DNA from: Rhodosorus marinus CCMP1338
Taxonomy: Eukaryota; Plantae; Rhodophyta
Assembly (NCBI GenBank): GCA_029953675.1
Contig: JAMWBK010000002.1
Location: forward strand, 1,984,001-2,048,000
Direction of reading: 5' to 3'
DNA length: 64,000 nt
Part shown: piece by piece, positions 1 through 11,758 of the stretch
Layout of the letters: each line of letters starts with the position of its first letter
How positions within the stretch are numbered: the first letter of the stretch is position 1
The notes under the pieces: generated by a model
What the model was told of the DNA's origin: nothing
Seen by the model: the letters and a program-made list of their open reading frames with translations, nothing else
Databases searched by the model: none
Made by a program: the position numbers and the translations under genes

Positions 1-283
1 GCCGAGCCTGCATGCGCATATACTTCACCCTCATGTCCTTCAACATATCCAGTCTCAACAGTCCCATAGGCGATACCTCACCGGTTGGCGATCCAACCCC
101 CGTATCTACCCCCACATTCTTCAAAGGAAGTTCTCCAGACGGACCTTCACCATCGCTCTGATTCATATTCATCCTCACACCACCAACGGCCCTCCTCGCC
201 AAACTCCGTCGGCTACAATACGACCTCCCCGAGGCAACCTCCCCGATTCCATGTCCACTCAACCCAACACCTACAAAAGCCAT
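1..283 (-). CDS. 5' part of a plastid-targeted protein of unknown identity (runs off the left edge)
   Basis: Open frame from ATG 283 to the window edge: MAFVGVGLSGHGIGEVASGRSYCSRRSLARRAVGGVRMNMNQSDGEGPSG...MRVKYMRMQAR. It has a MAFV-type transit peptide and a G-rich sense-strand leader like other genes here. Confidence 0.75.
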   Translation of the reverse strand, partial: MAFVGVGLSGHGIGEVASGRSYCSRRSLARRAVGGVRMNMNQSDGEGPSGELPLKNVGVDTGVGSPTGEVSPMGLLRLDMLKDMRVKYMRMQAR

Positions 284-2283
284 CTTGTCAAATCGCTACA
301 AAAATTCTCAGAAAAGCTCAACTAACCCTCCTCAACTTATCTATTACCCCCCTATCAAACTCACTTCATCCCTAACTCCCACCCTTCCGCCTCCCCACCC
401 CTCTTCCACAAACTCTCATCCCCTCCTTTATAAACGGATCCATTTCACATGGTAATCCCGAGACATCGGGGATTATTCATATTATATATTTTTTTAGGAT
501 TGCTAAAGGAATTGACCAATCAAAGTTATTTTTAGTTTGGATATTTTTTGATCGATTTTCAGAGGAAGTTAGATAGATATTTATTAAGACGTCATAAATA
601 TTTGATAAGCATTTCGGGTGAGTACTGGATGGGGAGAGGCAAATATTTGGTCAATCGCCAGAATTCGGTTAGGGGTGAGCAATGGGACTGCATAAGCTGT
701 TCTGTGGTTGTTCTCTTGAGATGCGAACAACTCTGGACAATGACTTGGTCTTGTTTTGTTCGACATCGAGCATGGGTCCGCTTCTGCTTTTGCACTTCCA
801 TTGAAGACATCCTCACAGAAACCTTCAGAGTATCGACAAACGATGACCTCGCATTCCTACCATGAATTCTAGGAAATGCGTTCAATCCTCATCAACACAT
901 CCCAGCCAGAACATGGATAAGTACTAGTCATACCGCGGATCAGCCGACGGCTCTCCACCAGCGGTGCGAGTTTGCGACTAACATCGGTACAAACTTTGAG
1001 TTAGTTGACTACACCACTGCTTGTGTCCATGTTCGGCCCTCAAGCTTTTAAGAAATACTGCATTACCCTTGTAATCCGCTTAGCAGCCAGCCCCACCACA
1101 CTCACATCACAAGACTAAAGCAAGATATAAATTTATAATGACGTCTTGTTTAATATCATAATGTCACATTCCTCGACTTCCGCATTGCAAAACGCCCAAA
1201 AATCTCCCCCCCTCCCCGTTTCTAGAAACAAGCAACAAATTTCCACTATACCCGTAATACATTTCTAAAATACATGATGCACTCAAGCTTCGAGCTCAGT
1301 TTTGAACCATGCAAATACTACAGCTGTCCTGTTGAGGTTTTTCTGAGCTTCCCATTGGGTAAACAACTAAAGCCACCAATACTTTGCATTGACGTCCATA
1401 TGTTGATTGAACAGAGGTGATATTTTTTTCATGGAAATTTTAGTGCTTCCTGTCATTCATTGGTGAATGCGTACAACAGTTGACACGTGGTGAAAAATGA
1501 ATGGATTTAAGGAAAAGTTAAAGAAATTGATAAGATGAAAGAACAGCTGTCTATACGGAGTTTTCTGGAAGGTGTGTACTGGGAAGACATCACTTGGGCC
1601 CGGATTTCCGTTGAGCGGTATCGCTGATGGGCGCTGGGCTACATTAGTAGGTAGGAATTCTGCACAACATCTTTTGATCTTTAGGAATCTTTTCTCCAAG
1701 GACATGGATGCACCTTTTCCCCGGAAGTCGTCTCCTAGCAGCGTCGGTCTTGCAGCTCATTGACAATGAGCAGCACCTGTCGCAGCTTTATTTTTCAAGA
1801 GCTTTCCTTTCCGCACAAAATCAGATGGCAGGAGGTTGGGGGTTACCATGTGCAGGTTATGCGCGATCATCACACTATGATTTGAGGTGATCATAGAATA
1901 AACAAATTACGAAACAAATCGCTCTGTAACAAGCAACTGAATGGATTTCTAGCTTCTTGGTGAAGCCATTCATTTGATGTTCCATCCTCCAACGGGATAC
2001 CGACTAAAACTCATTCCGAACCTCTTGTAGTTCACGGAGATACCCTAGATGAACTTGTTTTCGACGCAGCTGAATTCCCTCCGCTCTCGATCTAAGAAGC
2101 TGTCTTATACGAAAGCAATGCGCTCATTAGGGTAGACGCTTTCATGCTCCCCGAAGATTGGTTTTCCAGGGCCGCGATCGCCACTCCCAACTCTAGTGAA
2201 GGTTCGGCATTTTGCTGGGGCAAGCTCAGGAAGTTATAATGGTGGATCATTAACTTGAACAGTGGTCATAGATCGAGGACAAG

Positions 2284-3651
2284 ATGAATCTTTCAAGATT
2301 AAGAAGTTGTTATAAGCGAATTTCAGCAGTCGTAGAGTGCCCGGATCAGCTCGGGATCGTGGCAAGCATCACAAACTTCTTATCGAGCAGAAATGCCAAC
2401 ATCACGGCTGTTGATCAGTATCTCGCGCCCTTGTGCGGTGACGAAGTTCACTCCAAAGATGGATTGGAGCGCGAGTCGCACTCGCGGAGCTCAGATGCAA
2501 TAAAGAACTTCATCATGCGCTTCGAGTTCTCATATACAGACTCCAACTGGACGCGGGAAGACATAGAGTCGGATATGGATGAGCTCGAAAGGTGCGGGCC
2601 CGAGCCTCCCTCAACCGCTCAGGGCCAAAACCGAAAACTTCTTTCTCAATCCAGAACTATGCTTCCAACGCAAAACAGGAACCTAAACGGCAAGGTGACA
2701 TTGCGATACGAATCTGAACCACTGTCCTTGGCCATACTGCTCTCCAAATCTTCGCACTGTGCAGATGAGCTTCTATATCGTTGGAGAACTGGTGAGGCAG
2801 AAGAACAAACTGAGAAGATCTGGATCCAACTAGACTTCGCAGAAGCCAAGCATGAAGTAATACTTTCTTGTCTCCTTCTAAATAATCGGAACCCCTTGCC
2901 TTTGGATGCATGAACGAACTCTCAGGTGAACTTCCCTGCAAGATAACATCGATCATGAGCAATCACAAATCGGCAGAGACGTTGGCAAAGGCATATGACC
3001 TGCCTTTCGTGTTCGTGGACGTCTCTAGACCTGACAAGAGCGAAGGCGAGATCCTTGGCCGTGTCGTGGAGACAACAGATCTGCTGGTCTTGGCCAGGTA
3101 CATGCAAATCCTATCTTCGCACTTTCTGGATTCATATAAGAAGCCGATCATCAACATTCACCATGGATTGTTACCGGCATTCAAGGTAGGACACATGAGC
3201 GGTTTTATTGCGCTTCTTCTCCTTAATGGGGACTTTGGGGAAACGCAAATTCGTTCAGCACCACCATTGCTTGTTCCCGAAAGAAGAATCTTTAAAAAAG
3301 GAATCGTCCCGTCTGTCCAGGGTGCACGACCTTATCATCAAATGTACGAAGCAGGCGTGAAGATCATAGGAGCTACAGCTCACTATGTGAGTCCACAACT
3401 CGATGCCGGTCCGATAATACAGCAGGATGTCGCTCCCGTAAATCATAGGATGTCGATAGCTGAGCTGAAACAGGTACGCGAAGAGCACTCTTCCGTTCGA
3501 TGATAGGACACAATCTGAAGTTCTCTAGTGCTCACCTGGTCTCGTGTACAAGGTGGGCATTGGTTTGGAAAGAAGTGCTCTCGTATCTGGAGTCAAGAAG
3601 CACCTGGAGAACAAGCTTGTACGATTCGGAGACCGAGTCATCGTGTTCTAG
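2284..3651 (+). CDS. purU: Formyltetrahydrofolate deformylase (ACT + formyltransferase domains), intron-containing
   Basis: Motifs CPDQLGIVASITNFL, LAILLSKSSHCADELLYRW, INIHHGLLPAFK|GARPYHQ..GVKIIGATAHYV..LDAGPIIQQDV. The last exon, VGIGLERSALVSGVKKHLENKLVRFGDRVIVF, ends at TAG 3649-3651. Confidence 0.93.
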
Positions 3652-3709
3652 AGCTGCTTTCAAGCCGTCAGCTGGAAATGGATTCGAGTGCTCATCGACT
3701 CCAAGTCAT

Positions 3710-4865
3710 TCAGTTCTCGCACAAGAAAGTTCTCCTCAACTTCTCCTCCTCTTCAGTTTGCTCGGCTGTTGGTTTCCTAGATGTAACGGCCACGAGCTTC
3801 ACGGCCCCGGCACATGTAGCTTCCAAACCAAATCTGTTTTGCACATTATAGAAAGAAGATCAGCCTTCTTGGGAAAGCACAGCGGGAGCCCTTTCTGCAG
3901 GATTTCCTTACAAGAAGTTTGGATAGTGCGCGAAGCTCCAATATTCTTCTACATCCCTAGTGCGGTCTTCGGTTTCAACGAATCTGAGACCCGCAATTAA
4001 GGAGGCACTGACAAGCTCCGACTCGGCGTAGATGTATTCTATTCCGAAGATACTTCTAAAGTTGGAAACTACCTCTATTTCTCTTTTGGTTAAAGGAGGA
4101 GGCACTGCACGTAGCGTCCAAGCGAGAACAACGACTAGCCCACCAGGCTTCACAGAAAAAGAAATTAGGTGGTCAGTTGGGGATGCCTATTGAGACGCCC
4201 TACTATGTAGGATACTAGGACCGGGATCACCTTCAAGCGCTGGGCAGCTGCGCTCATCAATGACCTCGGGTCAAGAAGCGCTTTCCTATCGTGGACTGAC
4301 ACGATCACATCTACTTGGTCTTGTGCATCGAATGGAACAGAAGTGTAATTTTCAGGGGCCTCAACTTCAGCCGTCCAGTTGTCTAATAGGAGTTTGCGCG
4401 GAGCTCCATTGTTGTCGAAATCGTTGCTTTCCAGCAGCGTATTCACAGCCATTTGCTGCCCAAAAACGCAAATTCGACGTTGAGAACGCTTCCGTAATCG
4501 CAACAGTGTCTTAGAACACGGACAGGCGACATTGAACTCACCTGTGCTTCTTCTGGATTGTGTCGTCCGAAGCCATGAAGCCAGCGCTTCCCCAGCTCAT
4601 CCACGACAGAGAGATCAGTGTCTGGGGTGCGTTCTCTACTTTTTCTCTTCTTAACCAGAGCAGTGGACGCTGCGATAACACCAGAAACCACAAAAGCTCC
4701 GCCCACGAGCATTCCAGAAGCATCGCCCCATCCTGCTCGCCGCTCACCAGCTTCCAATGGAGGCCCCTTTCCAACTGAAATCTCCCGCACAAGCCGCTTA
4801 TGGGTCGCAGGAACATTCACCGTACTAATCTGCCGACCACTGGCATATAATACGAATCCTACCAT
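3710..4865 (-). CDS. Class I SAM-methyltransferase-fold protein resembling gamma-tocopherol methyltransferase, with a degenerate motif I
   Basis: Spliced ORFs 4443-4865, 4165-4503 and 3908-4153 plus a last exon from 3833 (LFGLEATCAGAVKLVAVTSRKP...CEN*, TGA 3712-3710). The segments WLHGF, PFDAQDQVDVIVS, RLK|PGGLVVVLAW, ETEDRTRDVEEYWS and SRKP match the layout of gamma-TMT. The 5' end may have extra exons. Confidence 0.65.
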
Positions 4866-7800
4866 CGCTCTGTCGCACCTATCCGTCCTTACATAGCTGT
4901 GATCCTAACATAACCCATCGGTCAAAAACAAGGGTCATCAGCAACCACCCCAGTTCACCGACAGCCGGTCTCCGAGCGCATATCAAACCCTACTGTCCCA
5001 AAGGTAAAAGACCCTCCCTGTCCCACGGAAAGGGTTTGGGACGAATTGATTGATTGATTACGTACGGATTTGGACTGATTCAATCTATTTTTACATTGGG
5101 CGCCCCTGCAAGCTCGTGATGCCTGGGGAAAGCTCGTGATGTGCATGCGCCATCCTCGCCCTCCCGCTACTTATGTTGGATTTTCGTGCTAGTGTCCGAA
5201 AGTTCATGCTGAGTGAGCCTCGATGACGGATACCCGTGACCATTCTTGGAGCGGATGTCAGAGCTTGCTAAGTTGGCCTCGGAGCTCGAACTTTGGACGA
5301 TGTTTGCTGTGGGTGTGAGTTGAGCGCCAAGAGGGTTTCCAAAGTGCTCCCCGGCTTGGAGGGGTGCGGCTCTCAATGTCCTCTTGAAGCCTGCATGTGT
5401 CCATGCAGACTTGAGAAAGCTTGCTGGAACCTCGGATCAGATGGCTAGTCCCTATGGACCCTGGTCGACACTTGGAGATCTATCTCACTCGCTCGTCCAG
5501 GACACTAGATCGGAGTAGCGTTTCAAAACAAAACTATTCACAGATCAGTGGAACTGTATCACACAGACCTCCCTCCTCCCTCACGACAGTAAAAATGCGG
5601 GTTAGGAGAGCGCCATGGCTCTTCACCAAAAGCACACGAAAGAACTAATAATTGCTGATCCAGTTCCTCCCTCCTAAGAAACAAAATAAACCAATAACTA
5701 AGCCCCACATCACGAAACCAAACCAATCCAGAAAATTTATATCGAACTATCGAAAACCCGAAACGCCTTTTCGTCGAATATCTTCCTCCGTTCCTTGCTG
5801 TCATCTGCAGGATGAAAATTGTGCATTGCCGAAATCGAACCAAGTCGGAATAGGGAAGACACACCCAGCCCCTTTTTCGTTTCTCCTGCTACACGAACGG
5901 GCGTTATTTTGAAAACAAACGTGACACTCATATATAACAAACTTGCCCTTACCCCTGATGGTTAAAAAGCGGTTGGCTAGGGAGGCGGAGTTTTGGAATC
6001 TACCCCCCGGAATAGAACTGTCTCCAAACCATGTTCTAAAGTTATTTTAATATAATATTAAAATTCGCCAATGATATTAGTTGACTGATATGTGTAAGAT
6101 TCTGGTGGAGATTACAGAAAACGAGGAATTTCGAGCAGGTTTTTTCCTTCCATTTTTTAAGGTTTTGGAGTTCTCGAGATAGGGATCTCTTCCCCAATCG
6201 TCGGTGAATCTGATGAAAAGAACTTCATTTCAAGGGTTTTCATGTTCTTTCTTTCATGCCCCAGCGGAATTGCCATTTTGGAGGTGCGTGCCCGTGTGAT
6301 CTTTCGGTTCCAGCCTCGCTTCCAAAGTCCGCCATGTTCATCATCGGAATGAACCCTACCAACCCTGGCGCAGCTTCATTTCATCTCCATTTCATCATCG
6401 AGTTGTGATTCCGTTTGTTGACTTCGGGGAGAGCCTTACCAATAACTTGCGCACTTTGACCAACGGATTTCGGACTCTCCAACTTCCGTTTCTTGAGTTG
6501 GAGAAGAGCTGTTCCCAATGAAGTGCGATACCCTGATCCACCAATTCGCATACTCCAATACAGAAGCTAGATCCAGGTTCGACAGCTATGTGAAACATCC
6601 GAATCGGTAAAGCCCTAGCTTCAACAGTGTAACATGATCGAGCTCTTTCAAAACCCTAAATCTCAAACACGGGCTTTGGGCAGCTTAACAAGAGCGATAT
6701 GCCATATAGATTAGTCACGCAGGCGAGTTTCAACGCAAGACAACAGCATGAGAGACCATGCACATTCTTAGATCACAAAACGAAATAAACTCTTCCACAC
6801 CACGACTCATCCACATTTTTTTTATGTCCCCACCTCTAGAGCAATAAATCCCAAACTACCCTGGTTGCTGACCGGTAGGCGCCACTTTTCGTACCGAATA
6901 GTTCTCATACCCACCCCCGTACGGACCATACGAATCATCAAATCATTTGCCCCTTCAATTTCCGCCCGTATCCTCCCCCCTCTCCCTCTCCTTCAATCCC
7001 ATACCCTCTCTCTTCTCCCTTTTTTCTTACTCAGGCCTTTTTCAGTTGGCAAGGTTGACTTCAGCTCGAAACCCCCAAAACCGAACATTTATTTTACAAA
7101 AAAAACAAATGAAAAGGACAAAAATCATGGAAACGATATCACTGACAATAACCAATCACAACTTGAGAAAGCCAAATCAAAGTAAGAAATGAATGGATTC
7201 GATGTAAAAAAAAATTGCTGTCTGAAGGAAGCGCTGTTTTCCTCGCATTCCTGAAAAAGCAAAGAAAAAAATCAATGCTTTGAATCTCCGTATCACGAGA
7301 TCTACGTCTATTGGTAATTGAGTTGACCAATAATTTATGTTTATTGATGTCGGATCAAGATGACTTGTACTGATTGGATATTGTCCTTCGCAAAAAGATT
7401 TTACGAGAACTAAACTCTTGGCCAGTACCGGGGCAGATATTCGATCTCGGGAAAACCACGGGCTTTTTACTTCTTAAAAATTATAGCTGATGAAAGTTCT
7501 GAGATGGTTCCACGGGGTTTTCTATTTGGCACCAATAAAAGATGCTCCAACAATATCTCTTCTGTTTTGTTCTACTTTTCCAGCCGATCGGCGTAAAATC
7601 TAGCGAACAGGTGCGCTTTCAATAAAAATCACAAGTACTAAAAACATTCTATAAGGGGGGTATACTAGTAGAAAACTGTTTTTCTGAAATACATAATGTA
7701 ATATTTAAGAAGCTAAACAATCCAGAAAATATAGAATGAGCCCCCCCTTCATGATTGTATTCGGCTTGCGTCTTGACGACGTTTCGTGGAAATATAAAAA

Positions 7801-8174
7801 TAGATATTTCATCAGGTTCGCAACGGGTTCGCTCCTCAGCTAATCTTCCTCAAAGAGCCCGATATTTCTATCACTTTTCTATGATCATGCTTTTACCTCC
7901 AATGGTTAAGGGGGGAACGTGTTGGCCAACTGCAGTATTGGTATTGATAGGAAACTTAAGATTTTAAGTGTTTTATTTGTTCTGGCTGGGTGGGGACGAC
8001 ACGCACGAGGGGGTTGGGGAATTAGGGTTTGGCTACTTAACTGATGCGTTTTGGGTTTTGAGCTGAAGGGCTGGTTTGAAAGGGTTTGGCGAGGAAAGCT
8101 ATGAGGAATCAGGTGGTGGATGTGAGCATTCGTTTGGTAAAGATCGCGTTGTGGTTTTGAGAGTTGAAAGGAGG

Positions 8175-8573
8175 ATGATGGAAATCGGGAATGAGAGGTC
8201 TTTTGACCTGGAGTTGGGGGGAGGCAATGATGGTAGCGATGTTTTGGACTATTGGCTGACGGGAATGGAAGAACAGCTGTTCTCTCCGGTTGGCTCGGAT
8301 ATCAGCGACTTTCTGGATCTTAAAGAAGATTCAAAGGCAGAAGTTGAGCTTGCGAAGAGCTCTGAGGCTGAGAGCAGAGACGAAGCACCGGTTGTGGTTG
8401 TCGACTCGCTCGAAACGTCCAAGGTATGGACCAGGTTTGAGGCCCTGCAAAGGTACAAGCTTAAGCGCCAAAACAGGAAGTACGGAAAGAAGATTCGATA
8501 CGAGTGCAGAAAGAAGATCGCTGCCGGAAGACCAAGATCGGGTGGGAGGTTCGTGCGAGTGGCGAACAAGTAG
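8175..8573 (+). CDS. CCT-domain protein (CONSTANS/CO-like/TOC1 motif, no B-box), single exon
   Basis: C-terminal RFEALQRYKLKRQNRKYGKKIRYECRKKIAAGRPRSGGRF is a CCT motif. ATG 8175 is in frame with ORF 8076-8573, and the N-terminal half is acidic. Confidence 0.88.
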   Translation: MMEIGNERSFDLELGGGNDGSDVLDYWLTGMEEQLFSPVGSDISDFLDLKEDSKAEVELAKSSEAESRDEAPVVVVDSLETSKVWTRFEALQRYKLKRQNRKYGKKIRYECRKKIAAGRPRSGGRFVRVANK

Positions 8574-8986
8574 TCCTTCTCATCGAGGAAGGTCCTCTGG
8601 CGCGCTCATTCCCAAGTCCACCAGAGAGCTCCAAACCCTGGTCCATGTGAGCCCCGTTATCGAGCAAATGGAAAAAGTAGATCAGCTGGCTGCGTTCTCT
8701 AGTTATAAGGTCGTTCAAGTATTCTGAAGTTTTTTCGTTGTTGCGCAATGAGCACCCTGCGTTATCACGCGTGTTGTACTCTTTTAACGTTTTTTTTTCG
8801 TATTTAATGTGTTGTTGCTCAACCTGTTTTGAAATTAAAGTTCGTTCCCAGTTTTACAAATCCATAGACTTCTATGTAACAGCAGCCTCAGGCGAACTGG
8901 CTTCGAAGAGGGCCACCGGGTTTCGGATTTGAACTCCCACCTCGCAACCTGCCTGGTGGTTGAAAACCACTAATTTATTAAATAGA

Positions 8987-11758
8987 CTAATCTTGGTGCG
9001 GATGCGCCTCCGGGGCGTTTGCAGTTATTCGTCTCAGACGCAGCTTGCCAAGAACTATCAGCAAGGCGACGCAGAGGATCCCTAGCAACGCCATATCTAA
9101 ATTCGCGACTATCGATTGCCGCTTATCGTGGGGCAGCAGACGGTGTAGTTCTTCCCAAAGCAAACGCTGGAAAACCTAGACGACGGGAAAGAGAGGAAAA
9201 TTTCAGTTCGATCGCTGCTTAGCACAACGAGCAAAGAATCTTGGAACCCAACGCTTCGATTTTCAAAAACGTGGTTGGTTATCCGGCTCACCTGCTTCTC
9301 CGGAATCTCCAAGTCCTTATAGCTCATCTGTCCGCGTAAGACATAGGCAACATCAAACACAAGAGTACACAGCTCCTGCCTAGGTGTGCAGAACCTCAGC
9401 GCCCACAAGGCGATCTCTGAAGGTATGTACCCATCCTCACTTTGTGCCGCAAGGTCAAAGTTTCGCTTCGCCATATGATAGTCCATAGCCAACCCCTTGC
9501 CCGTCATGTGCATCACCCCAAGATTAAACTGCGCTTCAGGTAGCTTCGCAAGGCTTGCCTTCCGATACGCCTCAGATGCCTGCTCGTAAGCGCCGTGCTT
9601 GTACATCATGTCCGCAAGCTATGCAATGGGAATGGGAACGAAAAGACAAGTGTTGACCTCAGCAAACAAAAAAAGAATTGAGGCGAGAAAAAAAGTCGCC
9701 GCGCATCCCGATGCACAAAAGCTTGCCCTAACAACATCCGACATCCAGCACACTCACCCTCATCGTTGCAATGCTCAGCTTCTGACTCTCGGCCTGCTGA
9801 TACAGCTGGAATGCAATCTCAGATTCGTTGCCAATCATCGACCCCTCCACACCCATCTTCCTCTCAATCATAAATGCCGCGTTGTACTGGGCAGGCTTGC
9901 TTCCCATGAAGGCTGACTGTACAAATCGATACAAGGCGGGCTTATACTCGCGCCGACAGAATGCGTCAGTCGCGTGGGACTGAATTGGCCCAAGGAGCAT
10001 GAATTCAATAACTTTCTTAAAGGAATCCACCGCCTCACTGCAAGAATCATACTTGGCCAAGCGTCCCAGCTGTTAAACGAAAAAGGGGCAGCAACTGAGC
10101 AAACTGGCGGATGTAAAGTCGCCCGTGACGTACCGAGCCTACCTGATAAGCTGAATAGAGATGGCTCCGTCCCGCTCCATCCCGAAACCAAGCCTCTGCC
10201 TTCTTAGCATCTCGTTCGATGCCAGGCAGCCCAAGCAACCGCATGAGTCCAAGATTATAGCCTGCCTCAGTGTGCCCTTTGCTGTACGCAAGTTCGAAGT
10301 ATCGAAAAGCCCTTTTGTAGTCCTGCTTGACACCGATTCCACGAGCATAGCATATCCCAAGTGCATAAGTACCATACGTATCACCTTTTTGTGCGGCTTT
10401 CTTGAATTGCTTCACTGCCATCTCGTCAGCTATCTCCTCTGTCTCATGCAGTTCATCGCCTGCCACGTAGTATACATAGCCCAACTTTGCAACCGCGTTG
10501 GCATTACCAGCCGCAGCAGCGTTCTGGAAGTATCTGACAGACGTCTCAATGTCTCTCGGTACTCCGTCGACTCCATACATCAAAATCGAAGCCACTTTGT
10601 ATTGGTCGTCTGTGTTTCCCTGCTCAGCCCTCCCCTTCAAGAAGTGCAGATACTCCAGCTGCTCGTCCCAAGTCAAAAAATCCACACCGTCATCGAGGTA
10701 TAGGTTGTCCAAGTCTGTGTATTGTTCCCTGAACTCAAACCTATCAGCGTCGTCGAGAATCAGACCACTGGCCTTTTCATAGTACAATGCAGCTTCCCAG
10801 CAGTCCTCCTTAACGTCAAGTCCATACATGGTCTTGTACCCAAGCGCAGCCAAAGCGTATGGGCTGTTCCCCTCTGCAAAAGAGCAGGTGAATGAAAAGA
10901 CAAGAAGAATGCGCTTATGAGCGATCTTGTGAAGTGGGAGAGTAGGCCTTCTGAAGGCGCCCTGTCTATTGAACTTCAAAACCTCCACTTACTCGCTGCC
11001 ACATCCAAATAAAGCATTTCCTTCGTCTTATCCATTGGAAAAAGCGCTTCCGCAAATCCACTCGAGTGCAGCATTGCCGCCATGGCATGGGCATCGGGAT
11101 TGCCCAGAGACATAGCTTGCCGCAACAGCTCGGCTCCTTTCGGAATATTCTGTCTGATTTGCCTATGGTATCCGCTCAAATGCATTAAGGCCAAAGTCGT
11201 CAGCGCACCATCATGCCCCTCGTTTGCAGACTCGCGGAACAACTTGACCGCCTCGTCTCTCCTCCCGTAGATTAAAGCCTCCTTGGCGTTTTCAAACTTC
11301 AGCTCCATCTCCTCGTCCACATCGACTCTGGCAAAATGATTCTCCATAAAAGCTTCCTCCAGGTCCTTGTTGGTTACCTTGACGTTCGTCTTGGCGATTA
11401 GCTCTTCCAACTCCAGACTATTCTCCCTAGGTCCATCCAGGGAGAACCCGAACCGAATCTTGTTGTCCTCATCGAACACTTCAGGAAAGCTCTTACTCAG
11501 AGCATGTACGTTTGCGTATACATATTTTGCAAATCTAGCTTGAGATTCCACCGGTAGAGTCTCCCAAGAGTACTTGACTTCTACCAGCAGGAGGCGTAGT
11601 CGCTCGGCTTGTTCCGCATCATATCCAGCAGAGGAAGGCGTTTCCGCCGTTATCCGAGAGACTACATTTTCCAAATCGGATTCTTCTGCAAGGACGAAGC
11701 AGAGCAAGACCGAGGACACTGTCAAGGCCACCAATCGATACCTCCAAACGCCAGACAT
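8987..11758 (-). CDS. HRD3: SEL1L/Hrd3 ERAD component (signal peptide, Sel1-like repeats, C-terminal TM)
   Basis: Signal peptide MSGVWRYRLVALTVSSVLLCFVLA and many Sel1 repeats (AQYNAAF, EAQFNLGVMHMTGKG, EAGYNLGLMRLLG). The last exon has a TM segment, MALLGILCVALLIVLGKLRLRR, and ends at TAG 8989-8987. Confidence 0.9.

Noticed and set aside
3186-3320. In-frame stop-free introns (purU 135 nt; channel 58193-58291, 99 nt) as regulated intron retention
   Set aside because: With dozens of short introns, a few 3n stop-free ones are expected by chance. There is no evidence of retention.
6993-6995. In-frame TGA as selenocysteine or readthrough
   Set aside because: No redox motif or SECIS is recognisable. 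Decay or a consensus error is simpler.
5900-7700. Retrotransposon or DNA-transposon remnant
   Set aside because: No RT, integrase, RNase H or DDE motifs, LTRs or TIRs could be identified in any frame.
7742-7915. MITE with imperfect terminal inverted repeats (13/16 match)
   Set aside because: The match is mostly a C/G homopolymer, with no target-site duplication and no second copy in the window.
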